NCBI GenBank assembly: GCA_026713545.1
Contig: JAPOOG010000077.1
Coordinates: 37,238 to 101,237, forward strand
Length of the DNA: 64,000 bases
Direction of reading: 5' to 3'
Source of the DNA: Bryobacterales bacterium
GTDB taxonomy: Bacteria; Acidobacteriota; Terriglobia; Bryobacterales; UBA6623
The translations under genes were made by a program, and so were the position numbers. The notes below the pieces were generated by a model. The model worked only from the letters and a program-made list of their open reading frames with translations, was not told where the DNA came from and did no database searches. Of the stretch, positions 47,152 through 58,100 are shown in pieces. Within the stretch, counting starts at the first letter, position 1. The number at the start of each line of letters is the position of its first letter.

Positions 47152-48114
47152 TCAGGCCTGCAGGGCCGTGATCGCTGCGATGTAGTAGATGTCGTCGGCG
47201 GTGCAGCCGCGAGAGAGGTCGTTGGCGGGCTTCGTCAGCCCCTGGAGAAACGGCCCCAGTGATTTGGCTCCACCGAGCCGTTCGGCGAGCTTGTAGCCGA
47301 TATTGGCGGAATTGAGATCGGGGAAGATCAGCACGTTGGCCCGTCCGGCGACGGGCGAGCCGGGCGCTTTGCGCGCGGCGACACTTTCGACCAGGGCGGC
47401 GTCGGCCTGCAGCTCGCCGTCGATGGTGAGATCAGGGGCCCGCTCGCGGATGATGCGGCAAGCCTCCGCAACCTTCTCGGCCAGCGGATGCCGCGCGCTG
47501 CCCTTGGTCGAGAACGACAGCAACGCCAGGCGGGGCTCGTCGACGAGGAACCGGCGGCTGTTCTCGGCGGTGGCCATGGCGATGTCCGCCAGTTGGGCGG
47601 CGTTGGGCTCGGGCACTACGGCGGCGTCGGCGAAGACCAGCACGCCGCGGCTGCCGTGATGCTGCTCGGGGTGGACCAGAAGCATGAAGCTCGACACGAG
47701 GCGGATGTCCGGCTTCAGCCCCAGGCACCGGATCGCGGCCCGCAGGGTCTCGGCGGTGGTGTTGTTCGCCCCGCCCACCATGCCGTCCACGTCGCCGTTG
47801 GCCAGCATGAGCGATGCGAAATAGAGCGGCCTTCCTGCCGCCTCGTGCGCCTCGGCGCGCCTGACCCCCTTCGCCTTCCTGAGATCGTGGTAAAGCCCGG
47901 CGTAGGCCTCGCGTTTGGGGCTGCGCTCCGAATCCACCCATTCGACCCCGCGCGGCGGGTCCCCGGGGCGGCCCACGACCACGGGCTTGACCACGGCGTC
48001 TCGCGCCAGCCGCTCGGCAGCACGGATCACTCGCTCGTCGTTCCCTTCCGGGAAGACGATGCGCTTGTTGGCAAGCCGTGCTCGAGCGGCCAGATCGTTG
48101 AGGAAGGCTCCCAT
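47152..48114 (-). CDS. pta: phosphate acetyltransferase (PTA_PTB domain only)
   Basis: [36 protein letters not shown]...[45 protein letters not shown]. Start moved to ATG 48114. Confidence 0.85.
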   Translation of the reverse strand: MGAFLNDLAARARLANKRIVFPEGNDERVIRAAERLARDAVVKPVVVGRPGDPPRGVEWVDSERSPKREAYAGLYHDLRKAKGVRRAEAHEAAGRPLYFASLMLANGDVDGMVGGANNTTAETLRAAIRCLGLKPDIRLVSSFMLLVHPEQHHGSRGVLVFADAAVVPEPNAAQLADIAMATAENSRRFLVDEPRLALLSFSTKGSARHPLAEKVAEACRIIRERAPDLTIDGELQADAALVESVAARKAPGSPVAGRANVLIFPDLNSANIGYKLAERLGGAKSLGPFLQGLTKPANDLSRGCTADDIYYIAAITALQA

Positions 48115-48163
48115 GACTGATTTCGGCCCGGACGGAAACAGCCGCCGGACAAGTCCGGCGCGC

Positions 48164-48922
48164 TTACTGCGCGATCCAGCCGCCGTCGATGACGATGTCG
48201 GTCCCGGTGATGAACCCGGCTTCCTCCGAGCACAGGTACACGGCCAGTGAACCGACCTCCTCGACCTTGCCCCAACGCCCCGCCGGAATCCGCGAAAGGA
48301 ACTGAGCATTGCGCTCGGGGTCGTCGAGGATGGGCTGGTTCATCTCGGTGGCGAACGGCCCGGGACTGATGCCGTTGGCGGTTATGTTGTAGGGCGCCAG
48401 TTCCAGGGCAAGCGCCTTCGTCATGCCGAGCAGGCCGGCCTTCGTCGCGCTGTAGCCGGTGCGCAACGGTATCGACACGTGCGACATGATCGACGTCAGG
48501 TTGATGATGCGGCCCCAGCGTTTCTCCTTCATCCCGGGTACGAGCTCGCGGCACATCAGGAACGGCGCGGTCAGGTTGATGCCGACAATCTCGTTCCACT
48601 CCTCCGTCGTGAACTCATCCACGGCCTTGCGGTTGTTGATGCCGGCGTTGTTGATCAGGATGTCGCAAGTCCCCAGCCGTTGCGAGACGTGCTCCGCGGC
48701 ATCGGCGACAGCGGCAACGTCGCTGACATCCGCCACGATCGCTTCGGCCTTGCCGCCGCCCGTACTGATGCCCGCCGCGACTTCATCCAGGAGACTCTTG
48801 CTGCGTGCGACGAGGGCGACGGACGCCCCGGCGGACGCCAGCGACTCCGCGATCTGTCGGCCCAGGCCCTTGCTGGCGCCGGTGACCACGGCGACATGCC
48901 CTTCGAGAGACGCTGCCCTCAC
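48164..48922 (-). CDS. SDR-family oxidoreductase (FabG-like)
   Basis: [56 protein letters not shown]. Confidence 0.85.
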   Translation of the reverse strand: MRAASLEGHVAVVTGASKGLGRQIAESLASAGASVALVARSKSLLDEVAAGISTGGGKAEAIVADVSDVAAVADAAEHVSQRLGTCDILINNAGINNRKAVDEFTTEEWNEIVGINLTAPFLMCRELVPGMKEKRWGRIINLTSIMSHVSIPLRTGYSATKAGLLGMTKALALELAPYNITANGISPGPFATEMNQPILDDPERNAQFLSRIPAGRWGKVEEVGSLAVYLCSEEAGFITGTDIVIDGGWIAQ

Positions 48923-48968
48923 ACGACCTCCTTCCAGCCGCTTCGAACGATGACTGTACCACAGCCCG

Positions 48969-49520
48969 TCAGGGGAAACAGCAGCTCTTGGCGGCCAGGA
49001 CAGCCATTCCCAGCAGGTACCCGGCTAGCGCCTGGTATTCGCGATTGCGGACGTAGAGCCGGAATTGAAACGCCTCTTTCGGCGGGTATTGCGGACGCCA
49101 TTTCGGCCACAAGCGAGGGACCCGCTCCCGATACTCGCTGTAGCCGGGAAACTTCCCCAGCAGGTAGCCCTCTTCTTCCTCGATCGCCGGTAGATAAAAG
49201 AACACGAAGAACGCGGCGAGCAGGATTCCGATGCCGGCGTGCGCCCCAGCCACGGAAAATCCGATCCCGGCCAGCAGCGTTCCCAGAAAGAGCGGGTTCC
49301 GGGTGTGCGCGTAGGGCCCCGTTACCGCCAGGCTTTCGTATTTCGCCAAATGTCCGGCGGCCCAGGCCCGGAGCCCTATGCCGGCGGCGCCCACGGCGAA
49401 GCCCACGGCCAGGGACATCTCCGTCGGGCGGGCCAGCAGCAGGAACGCCGCGGCCACCGCGAAACCCGCCGCGACACGCCAACGCGCCGCCCAGCCCGCG
49501 TATTTTTTGGGAAACGCCAT
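48969..49520 (-). CDS. isoprenylcysteine carboxyl / phospholipid methyltransferase-family membrane protein
   Basis: Four to five TM segments. TGPYAHTRNPLFLGTLL and EEEEGYLLGKFPGYSEYRERVP match the ICMT/PEMT C-terminal signature. Confidence 0.7.
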   Translation of the reverse strand: MAFPKKYAGWAARWRVAAGFAVAAAFLLLARPTEMSLAVGFAVGAAGIGLRAWAAGHLAKYESLAVTGPYAHTRNPLFLGTLLAGIGFSVAGAHAGIGILLAAFFVFFYLPAIEEEEGYLLGKFPGYSEYRERVPRLWPKWRPQYPPKEAFQFRLYVRNREYQALAGYLLGMAVLAAKSCCFP

Positions 49521-49616
49521 CGTCCGATCAGTCTAACCTGCATTTCTTTGTCACCACTCGGTGAGGAATACAGGCCGGCCGCACTCGTCGGCGTGGGTTT
49601 CCTTCCGAATACCCTC

Positions 49617-51413
49617 TCAGAAAACGACCGCCACCAACTCGCCGCGCACGCTGCGGTCATCCCGGGTCGGCCTGTAGGCGACGTTCACCTCCCATCCCGC
49701 GGCATCGCAGGGCAGCGATCGCCAACCCTTCGGAGCGTAGTGCAACGCAGCCGGCGCGTCCGCACGTTCCCGGAGCCGCATGTTCCAGCGCGGCGTTCGC
49801 ACCGTCACCAGTTTCTCTCCGGCGCCGCACTCGACTTTGACGATGTGGCCGTACAGCAGCACGGTGCCCGGCGGCGGCCAGGTCTCTTTCCTGACGACCG
49901 GAAGCGGTCGGGCAAGGGGGGTCGGCTCCGTTTTCAGAAACCCCGACTCCAGGCTCGGTTCGGCAGGGTCGATGCGAGGTTGCGGGACACTCATCGCGTG
50001 CTGTCGTCGCCGAAGCATCAGCACTTCGAATTCCTTGTCGGCGCGTTCTCGCCACTCGGGATGCAAGGCAAGGTCCGCCAACCCGTCCGCCGCCGCCGGC
50101 CATTCACCGAGCAGGCCCAAAGCCTGCGCGCGCGTCAGCAGATAGGAAGGCTCATCCGGTTGCCGGGTGAGTGTTTTCTCCGCGTGCTGAAGAGCCAGCG
50201 CCGCTCTGCGCCGCTGAGCGTCCTGTATTCCTTCGATCGGCCTCAACAACAGCAGGGCGTAGCGGTGATGGGTGCGCGGGTTGCTCGACCCGTTGGCGAC
50301 GGCCCGGGCGAGGGTCCGCTCCGCGGCGGCATAGTCGTAGCGGTCCATTTGGAGCGCACCGAGGATCTCACTGGGCTCGGGTCGCTCCGGGTAGGCATCT
50401 TCAAGACGCCGCAGTTCGGCTTCCGCCATTTCCCAGGCCCGCGGTTCTGATGTCAAATCCTCCTGGTCAAGCGGTGTTGACACCGATCCGGATGTTTCCC
50501 GCTTGGTTGATCCGCTCGGGGGCGGAGAAAAAACTCGCCAGACATCGGCGACATGCACAGGCCATTCCCACTCAGCGAGCGGACGCACTGCGAAAGATGC
50601 GCGATCCAACGGCTCGAAGCCCACCGTGGTCGGCGGCGGCGGTTGCGAGAGCAAGTCTTCGAAGTGCGCCCTCAGCCGCGCCTCCCAGTCCGCCAAGTCT
50701 TCGCTCGAAAGCTGCCGCTCGAGGTTCTCGTAGCGCCACGCCTCGCCGGCGCCCACGATCGTCGCGTGACGGTGCACGATCAACCAGCACTGCGCATAAA
50801 ACGCCGGATGCGCAACCATCTTGGCCTGCTGGCCCACAGCAAGGAGCCTCGGAAGCGGAATCCACTCTTCGTTCTGCAGTTCCTGCAGGAAGACGGGTAC
50901 GGGCGCGCCGAAGGATGCGCCGTCGTTCAGCGGGATCGAGCGGGAGAGGAACTCCGCCAGGCCTTCGCGGTGCCACAGCGGCCTGCTCTGATCGCGGAAG
51001 AGCCAATGCACGTACTCGTGCGCCAAAGCCGCGCGAGCCGTTTCGGGCGGGTCCCAGGCAAGGACGATGTAGTCGCGGTCGCCTCCCGTCAGAAAGAACC
51101 CGCGAGCGGAACCGTGAATGGCAATGGAGGCGGGAAACAGCGTTTCCAGGCGCTCTCGATCGGGCGCCAGCAAGACCGGGATGGGTTCGTGGCCGAACAC
51201 CGCTGGGCGCACGCCCAGGGCTTGCAGAGAAGCGTGCGCCCTCTCGAGATGGTCAGCCGCCTGAAGCGCCGTTTCGGCCGGCATCCGCGTAACGACCCGG
51301 AAGCGCGGTGTCAACACTTCCACGGCCGTGTCGCCCAAGACCGCTAGCGGCGACAGCAGCAGCAATGAGCAAAGGCGCAACATGGCGCAACCTGCTACCC
51401 CGCACCATAACAC
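49617..51413 (-). CDS. secreted peptidase-MA-like (HExxH) protein with TPR-like C-terminal half; contains module D copy 2 in frame
   Basis: Signal peptide. LAHEYVHWLF (HExxH), then REGLAEFLS. The TPR-like helical region is (LGALQMDRYDYAAAERTLARAV...). Residues RVFSPPPSGSTKRETSGSVSTPLDQEDLTS are encoded by the antisense of repeat module D. Confidence 0.5.
   Translation of the reverse strand: MLWCGVAGCAMLRLCSLLLLSPLAVLGDTAVEVLTPRFRVVTRMPAETALQAADHLERAHASLQALGVRPAVFGHEPIPVLLAPDRERLETLFPASIAIHGSARGFFLTGGDRDYIVLAWDPPETARAALAHEYVHWLFRDQSRPLWHREGLAEFLSRSIPLNDGASFGAPVPVFLQELQNEEWIPLPRLLAVGQQAKMVAHPAFYAQCWLIVHRHATIVGAGEAWRYENLERQLSSEDLADWEARLRAHFEDLLSQPPPPTTVGFEPLDRASFAVRPLAEWEWPVHVADVWRVFSPPPSGSTKRETSGSVSTPLDQEDLTSEPRAWEMAEAELRRLEDAYPERPEPSEILGALQMDRYDYAAAERTLARAVANGSSNPRTHHRYALLLLRPIEGIQDAQRRRAALALQHAEKTLTRQPDEPSYLLTRAQALGLLGEWPAAADGLADLALHPEWRERADKEFEVLMLRRRQHAMSVPQPRIDPAEPSLESGFLKTEPTPLARPLPVVRKETWPPPGTVLLYGHIVKVECGAGEKLVTVRTPRWNMRLRERADAPAALHYAPKGWRSLPCDAAGWEVNVAYRPTRDDRSVRGELVAVVF
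50447..50526 (+). repeat. module D, copy 2 (inside a minus-strand CDS)
   Basis: TGATGTCAAATCCTCCTGGTCAAGCGGTGTTGACACCGATCCGGATGTTTCCCGCTTGGTTGATCCGCTCGGGGGCGGAGAAAAAACT. Shares runs GGTGTTGAC, CCGGATGTTTCCCGCTTG and TGATCCGCTC with copy 3. Confidence 0.85.
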
Positions 51414-51437
51414 CGCTCCGTCGGGAGCCGGTTGCCT

Positions 51438-51639
51438 GGTCTGCTTTTCTCGCCAAGCGGCGAGGCGAAGTACGTGAGAGGGCCGTCAGGACGAGGCGCG
51501 AGCGCCCGTGCCGGCGACACGGCTTTTCCCGTTCACCCCCGTCCGACATTCCTTCTGGAGCGAACAAAGCCCCCGCCAATGGTTTTCACGAATCACGAGT
51601 CACGAATCACGGCTTTTACGCTTTTCACGAATCACGGCC
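51438..51639 (+). repeat. composite repeat: R1 left half (copy 9) + module E + heptad module B
   Basis: GGTCTGCTTTTCTCGCCAAGCGGCGAGGCGAAGTACGTGAGAGGGCCGTCAGGACGAGGCGCGAGC, then CTTCTGGAGCGAACAAAGCCCCCGCCAATGG (also found at 53712), then TTTTCACGAATCACGAGTCACGAATCACGGCTTTTACGCTTTTCACGAATCACGGCC. Confidence 0.85.
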
Positions 51640-52437
51640 TTAGTCCGCACAAGGCTCCTGAAACACCGTGATGTCGGGCAGGCGTACCGCCGTCAGCGTT
51701 CCTCCCCAGACGCATCCGGTGTCGATCCCGATGATGCCGGGGCGAATGTAGAGGCCCAAAGCCGCCCAGTGCCCGAAGACGATGGTGCGCAATCCCCGGT
51801 CCGCAGCCGGCAAAGCGAACCAGGGCACTTCCCCGGGAGCCTCTTCCGGCGGCCCGTTGTGCCGGTAAGACGGTCGGCCGTCCCGGGTGCACATCCGCAT
51901 GCGGGTGAAGATATCCGTCAAGCCGCGCCAGCGTGCCGCCCCCGTGAGATCGTTCCGCCAAACGACTCTGCGGGCAATTGCCTCCCGCAGCAGCTTCGCG
52001 TAGCCGGGACCCTGCAAAGCCGCCTCGGCCTCGCGGGCGTAGCCGCGAGCCTGCTCAAGCAGCCAGGAGGGAAGCAGGCCGGCATGCACCAGGACGAGCG
52101 GACCCTCCTCGAGCAACAACGGCTGACGGCGCAGCCAATCCAACAGCTCCGTTCGGTCCGGAGCCGCGAGCAGCTCGTCCAGCGTGTCCTGCGGACTCGG
52201 CGATGATGCTCCGGCGGCAACGGCGAGCAGCTTCAGATCGTGGTTGCCGAGCACGGTCCGGACCGAATCGCGGTTCCGGTAAGCCCAGCGCAACGTTTCG
52301 AGCGACCGAGGCCCGCGGTTGACAAGGTCGCCCGCAAGCCAAAGTCGGTCTTCGACGGGGTCGAACTGGATTTGTTCGAGGAGCTTGCGGAACGTGAGAT
52401 AGCAGCCTTGTATGTCACCGATTGCGTAGGTCGCCAT
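51640..52437 (-). CDS. apaH: bis(5'-nucleosyl)-tetraphosphatase (symmetrical)
   Basis: MATYAIGDIQGCYLTFRKLLEQIQFDPVEDRLWLAGDLVNRGPRSLETLRW...VLGNHD...GHW; metallophosphatase motifs in ApaH order. Confidence 0.85.
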   Translation of the reverse strand: MATYAIGDIQGCYLTFRKLLEQIQFDPVEDRLWLAGDLVNRGPRSLETLRWAYRNRDSVRTVLGNHDLKLLAVAAGASSPSPQDTLDELLAAPDRTELLDWLRRQPLLLEEGPLVLVHAGLLPSWLLEQARGYAREAEAALQGPGYAKLLREAIARRVVWRNDLTGAARWRGLTDIFTRMRMCTRDGRPSYRHNGPPEEAPGEVPWFALPAADRGLRTIVFGHWAALGLYIRPGIIGIDTGCVWGGTLTAVRLPDITVFQEPCAD

Positions 52438-52566
52438 ATGATCACGGCCGGCGAACAGGCCGTGTTCCCGTTAGGGTACTATCGTCTTTCGCGGTCGCGG
52501 CCTCTTTGCAGCCGACCGTTAAGCCAGAAGGCCGATTTCCGGCTGATCAAGGAGAGTGAAAGAGCT

Positions 52567-53643
52567 ATGGCAGACGCTCTTCGCATGGCCGCCATTGGGC
52601 TGGGCCGCATTGGCCGTATTCACGCGCAGCATGTCCACGAATTCGCTTCCGCCAAGCCGGGCATGTGCGAACTGACAGCGCTCGTCGACAGCGACCGCGA
52701 GCGAGCCGAGGCTCTCGCCGCGGAATTCAGCGCGGATGGCGGCGCGGATGTCCGGATCTTCGGGACCGTAGAGGATCTGATCGCCGCCGATTGCAGCGAC
52801 GCCGGCTTCGTCTGCACGCCCACGGAAACCCACCGCGATACCGCCGGGGCTCTTGTCGGAGCCGGACAGCGCGTGCTGCTGGAAAAGCCCTTGACCGACT
52901 CGCTGCGGCAAGACCGCGAGTTCGTCGCCTGGCTGAACGCCAACCATCCCCAGTCGATCATGCTGGCGTTTCAGCGGCGCTTCGACGCCCCGCTTCAGTA
53001 CGCCAAGCAGCTTCTGGAAGCCGCAACGATCGGACGCGCCTTCAAGATCGTCTCCGCCTTGGAGGACTCCGGCCCTCCGCACGCGGAGTATCGCAGCGGC
53101 GGCCTGCTCGTCGACATGTCCGTCCACAACGTGGATGAAATCCTGTGGTTGACCGGCAAACGCCCCATTGCGGCGGGCAGCATGGGGTCGCTGATCTACA
53201 GCCAGGGCTTCTCTCCGGTCAAGGAGGACTTCGACGACGGCTACATCCGCCTCTGGTTCGACGATCGCATGATCGCGCAGATCGAGGTCAGCCGGAATCA
53301 CGTCTCCGGCTACCGCGTCGAGACCTGGATCTTCGGAGAGAAGGGCCACATCCACGTCGGCCGCTTCGAGCAAAAACCGCTGGAAGTCGTCGTCGAGGCC
53401 TACGGGCGCGACCAACCGATCGACCGCAAGACGTTCGCCATGCGGGACTACGGGCACCCGGTCCCCGAGTTCGTCGACCGCTTCGGCCCGGCCTACCGCG
53501 CCGAGCTCGCCCATTTCATCGAGCAGTGCCGGAAGGGAGAGCCCTTCTCGGTGAATCACAACGACGGCTTGAGAACGATGGAAGTCATCGACGCCGCGCT
53601 GCGGTCGCGATGGGAACCCGTCCCGATCCATCCGACCCCTTGA
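52567..53643 (+). CDS. Gfo/Idh/MocA-family oxidoreductase
   Basis: LRMAAIGLGRIGRIHAQHV Rossmann start, EKPL. Start moved to ATG 52567, preceded by AAGGAG. The upstream part of track ORF 52240 is antisense to apaH. Confidence 0.85.
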   Translation: MADALRMAAIGLGRIGRIHAQHVHEFASAKPGMCELTALVDSDRERAEALAAEFSADGGADVRIFGTVEDLIAADCSDAGFVCTPTETHRDTAGALVGAGQRVLLEKPLTDSLRQDREFVAWLNANHPQSIMLAFQRRFDAPLQYAKQLLEAATIGRAFKIVSALEDSGPPHAEYRSGGLLVDMSVHNVDEILWLTGKRPIAAGSMGSLIYSQGFSPVKEDFDDGYIRLWFDDRMIAQIEVSRNHVSGYRVETWIFGEKGHIHVGRFEQKPLEVVVEAYGRDQPIDRKTFAMRDYGHPVPEFVDRFGPAYRAELAHFIEQCRKGEPFSVNHNDGLRTMEVIDAALRSRWEPVPIHPTP

Positions 53644-53783
53644 CCCGAACCATCCACCTGACCAGGCGGTGTTGACGCCAACCCGGATGTTTCCCGCTTG
53701 TATGATCCGCTCTTCTGGAGCGAACAAGCCCCCGCCAATGGTTTTCACGAATCACGAAACACGAGACACGAATCACGGCCTTT
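53641..53783 (+). repeat. module D copy 3 + module E + heptad module B (begins on the TGA of the preceding gene)
   Basis: TGACCCGAACCATCCACCTGACCAGGCGGTGTTGACGCCAACCCGGATGTTTCCCGCTTGTATGATCCGCTCTTCTGGAGCGAACAAGCCCCCGCCAATGGTTTTCACGAATCACGAAACACGAGACACGAATCACGGCC. Confidence 0.85.
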
Positions 53784-53863
53784 CCCCACCCCAGGGAGTT
53801 TCCCTATAATCACTGGCGGGCAGCGGGACGGCCATCCCCGGCCTGCCCGCATAGGAGTCGTCG

Positions 53864-54544
53864 TTGGCTCGACACAAGCCCGTCTCTCTGACAGCCATTG
53901 TCCTTCTGGGGTGGCTAGCCGTTTCGCCTTTCGCCTTTCGCCCTGTCGCCGCGCAAAACGTTCCTCAAATGAAGCCTGCCGCCGGCCGCTTTCTGGTCGC
54001 GAATCGTCGGATGCGGGACTCCCGCTTCGTCAAGTCGGTCATCCTTCTCGTTAGCTACGGAGAGAAGGGCGCTATGGGTTTGATCGTCAACCAGCCTTCC
54101 GGCGTCAAGCTGGCGGAGCTGCTTCCCGACGCCGATCAACTCAAGGACCGCGGCGATACCGTATATTTCGGCGGTCCCGTGGCGCAAGACGGGATCATGC
54201 TGCTGCTGCGTGCGGAGACCGGGCCGGAAGGGGCCGAGCACGTCTTCGCGGATGTATACGTCAGTCCGAACCGCGACGTCCTGGATCGGCTGGTCGCCAG
54301 GGACTCCGACAGCTTCCGCAGTTACCTCGGCTACTCGGGCTGGGCGCCGGGGCAGCTCGACCACGAACTGGAGCGCCGGGACTGGCATGTGACGGCGGGG
54401 GACGCCGATCTGGTCTTCTCCCCGCTTCCGGCATCCGTCTGGGACAAGCTGATCAAACAGACGGACCTGCTCTTCGCCGCAGGGGCCGGACCGCGTTTCA
54501 CGCCGCATGGCGATGCCGGGGAGCGGAATCACTCTGGATTCTGA
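53864..54544 (+). CDS. YqgE/AlgH-family protein (UPF0301/DUF179) with N-terminal signal/anchor
   Basis: GRFLVANRRMRDSRFVKSVILLVSYGEKGAMGLIVNQPS, VYFGGPV, YLGYSGWAPGQLDHELERRDWHV. Confidence 0.8.
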   Translation: MARHKPVSLTAIVLLGWLAVSPFAFRPVAAQNVPQMKPAAGRFLVANRRMRDSRFVKSVILLVSYGEKGAMGLIVNQPSGVKLAELLPDADQLKDRGDTVYFGGPVAQDGIMLLLRAETGPEGAEHVFADVYVSPNRDVLDRLVARDSDSFRSYLGYSGWAPGQLDHELERRDWHVTAGDADLVFSPLPASVWDKLIKQTDLLFAAGAGPRFTPHGDAGERNHSGF

Positions 54545-54640
54545 TGTGAAACATCCTCCGGATCAGGTGTCATTGACGCCGGTCCACATGTTTCTTGCTG
54601 GAATGATTCGCACGCGGGCGGAGAAAACCAAGAACTGAAA
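54542..54640 (+). repeat. module D, copy 4 (begins on the TGA of the yqgE-like gene)
   Basis: TGATGTGAAACATCCTCCGGATCAGGTGTCATTGACGCCGGTCCACATGTTTCTTGCTGGAATGATTCGCACGCGGGCGGAGAAAACCAAGAACTGAAAGC. Confidence 0.85.
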
Positions 54641-55137
54641 GCTGCCGGTCTGATCCTCATAACCGGCATGCGAATCATGCCTCGAACGGTTGTCCTGACA
54701 GCTCCGGCGACGGACCCGCATGCAATTCTTCACCCGGTTGGCGAAGCTGGCGAGCTGGCGAGGACGGCCTTGACCTGCATCCACGAGTACGGACTCAACC
54801 CGGCCGGCAAGGCAACCGACACCATGTATCCGCAACGGTGCAGAAGTGCGCCAACTCACATTTGCCTCTTTACGAAGAGTTGACAGCCAGGCAGCCGTAG
54901 GGCTAATGTGGAATGAGCGGTGGAGAAAGTGTTCTGCCGTGAGGGGTCTATGTAGCTCTGCCGTTGCTCCTTGGGGGGGCAGCGGGGGAATATCACGCCT
55001 GTCTCTGGAGTTATCACGCACATTTTTTACGCGTGAGCTCCTTTTTGTTCAACTCGTTCAAACAAAAAACGCTTTGAAAGGGCGCCGCGAGTGTGAGTGG
55101 TGTCCTCTCAGCCACAGTGAAGGAATAACAAAGCCAT

Positions 55138-58100
55138 ATGGAAGGAAAAGCACTAAGGAAACTGCCGCTGTTGTTGGCGGCGGTTCTTCTCGTAGCGGGA
55201 TTGCTGGCCCCGAATCTCAGCGGCCAGGCGATCACGCAGACCATTCAGGGTCTGGTGACGGACGCCACCGGCGCCGTGATTCCGGGCGCATCGGTTACTC
55301 TTACGAACCGCGATACGGGTGTAACCAGCACCATCCAGACGAACGAAACGGGAAACTATTCGTTCCCGCAAGTACCGGTCGGCAACTACGACCTTTCCTG
55401 TCAGCTGGAAGGTTTCAAGACCGACAGCGTCACGAACCAGCGCGTGGAAACGGGCGCCCAGGTTCGTATCGACTTATCTCTCGAAATCGGTGACGTGACG
55501 GAGACGGTGGAAGTGTCCGCCGCCGCCATCACCCTGAACACCGAGAATGCCGTCGTTGGCGGCGTGGTCGAGAACAAGCGCGTGACCGAGTTGCCGCTCA
55601 ACGGCCGCAACATCGTGCAGCTCGCCGTCATGGTGCCGGGCGTGCAGTACGGCCAGCGCACCGGCATGAACGACGGTCAGGGCGGGTTCCCGATTCCGGG
55701 CGCCGGCTACTCCGTCAGCGCCAACGGGCAGCGTGAGATTCACCAGGTGGTCTCGCTTGACGGCGTGGACGCCAAGGATCCCCGCATCCACATCACGAAC
55801 TTCGTGCCTTCGATCGAGGCGATCGAGGAGTTCAAGATCCAGACCAACGCCTATTCGGCCGAAGTCGGGTTCGGCGGCGGAGCCGTGACGTCGATCACCA
55901 TGAAGAGCGGCACCAACGAGTTTCACGGTACGTTGTTCGAGTTCCTTCGCAACGAAGCTCTCGACGCCGAGCACTACTTCTTGAACTTCGAGTTGGCGGC
56001 GGGCGAAGCGCGCCGTCCCAAGCAGCAGCTCCGGCGCAACCAGTACGGCGCGGTCTTGAGCGGCCCGATCGTCAAGAACAAGACCTTCTGGGCGTTCAAC
56101 TGGGAGGGCCGCCGCGAGCGGACTTCCTCCGTGCAGAGCGCCTGGTTCCCGGACTCCACCTTCAAGAGCGGCGACTACTCGCGTTTCGCGATGCCGACGC
56201 CCCGTTCCGCCGGTGGTTTTCGGGACCCCATCATCCTCTACGACGTCTACACCGGCGAGCCGTTCATGAACAACGTGATTCCGGCTTCCAGGCTCCATCC
56301 GGGCTCGCAAACCACGATGAGCGAGCTTCTTCCCGCCCCCTGCTTCCAGCAGCAGGACCCGCTCGATTTCACCTGCCGCGACAACATCGTGCAGCCGATC
56401 AACCTCGACCAGTACTACGGCCGAGTCGATCACCATTTCAGCGACAAGGACCGCATCTTCGGCCGTTACCAGCTTGCTTCGGGTGAGCGGGCGCTGAACA
56501 ACATCAACCCCAAGAGGGCGCGGATCGACTCGAACGACGTCTATAACCTGGCGTCGCAGTGGATCCATACCTTCAACCAGAATGCGATCAACGAGTTCCG
56601 GTTCGGGTTCAACCTCGCCGGTACCAATCCCTTCCACTACTTCACCAACACGGATTTCGACTCCGATAGCCTCGGCATCGGCCTGATCCGGGTGGCGGGC
56701 GACAACAACCGCAAGCTGACTCCCCTCGAGACGGGGCCGCCGCATATCAGCGGCGCGCGCTTTCCGTGGTCGGTCAACGGCAACCTCAACCAGTTGGATA
56801 CCTACCAGTTCAGCGACCACCTGTCCATCATTCGAGGCAGTCACAACCTGAAGGTCGGCGGTGAGTACTACTACATAACCATGGACCGCGCCGCGGCCAA
56901 CTTGCCGACGGGCCGTTACACGTTCAACGCGGCTCAAAGCGGTGACGGGTTTGCCTCGTTCCTGCTGGGGCTGCCTTCCCGGACGGAAACAGCGGAAGGC
57001 TGGCCGCGCACCGTGCCGCGGGCCGGCCGCCAGGCCTACTACGTCAACGACGACTGGAAAGCCACGTCGAAGTTGACCTTGAACCTGGGCTTGCGGCTCG
57101 AGTACGTCGGCAACTCCCAGGATGCTCTCGGCCTGCAGCGGGTCGTCGCCTTCCCGGGTGAGCCGTACAACCGCGGTCCGTACTTCACGGATCCGGAAAC
57201 CGGACAGCAGATCCCGACCTTCTTCCCCGAGCCGGTCAACGTACCGGAAGGCAAGGTCAACCTGTGGCAGCAGCAGGGCGTGTTCTACCAGCCGCGTCTT
57301 GGCGTCGCCTACCGTCCGGCGGAAGGTTGGGTGGTCCGCGTCGGCGGAGGCTACTTCAGCAACATCGACCACATGAATACCTGGACGATCCTGAACCTGA
57401 ATCCGCCGCTGTCGGGCTCGAACAACTTCGAGGCCGTCACCGACGCTTCCGGCTCCATTACCGTCGATGGCGCAAGCGGGCCGGTCAACCGGACGTTGCG
57501 CATGTTCCGTCCCGGCAACCCGATCATCACGTTGAACGACCCCTTCCTTCAGGAAGTGGGAGCCGCCGCATCGCCGCGCAACATCAACACCTTGACGACG
57601 CCCTCCGATCAGAAGACGGGCAACGTGGTGAAGTGGAGCTTCGACATCCAGAGGGAACTGCCCTTCGAGACGTCCTTGACGGTCGGCTATGTCGGCAGCA
57701 AGGGGTCCCACGCGGGCAACAGCGTCAGAAACTACAACAGTCCTCTGCCTTCTCCGGATAACAACATTCAGAGAAACCGGCCCTGGCGGCGCGTGTACGA
57801 TCCGGCGACGCCGGAGTTGGGCGTGCAGAGCCTGGCGGTGATCCGCTATCTGGACAGCTTCGCGAACACCTTCCATCACGGTCTGCAGATGAAGCTGGAC
57901 AAGCGCTACTCCAATGGGCTGGCGTTCGGTGTGGCTTACACCTTCAGCAAGTCGCACGGCGACGGAGAGAACGGCGGCCAGCAGGGCGCCCAGTTCCAGA
58001 ACCCGCGCAACTGCCTGACCTGCGACCGCGGTCGCTTCCGGTTCGACCAGCGGCACAACCTCGTCAGCCACTTCGTGTGGGAAATGCCGGGACAGAACCT

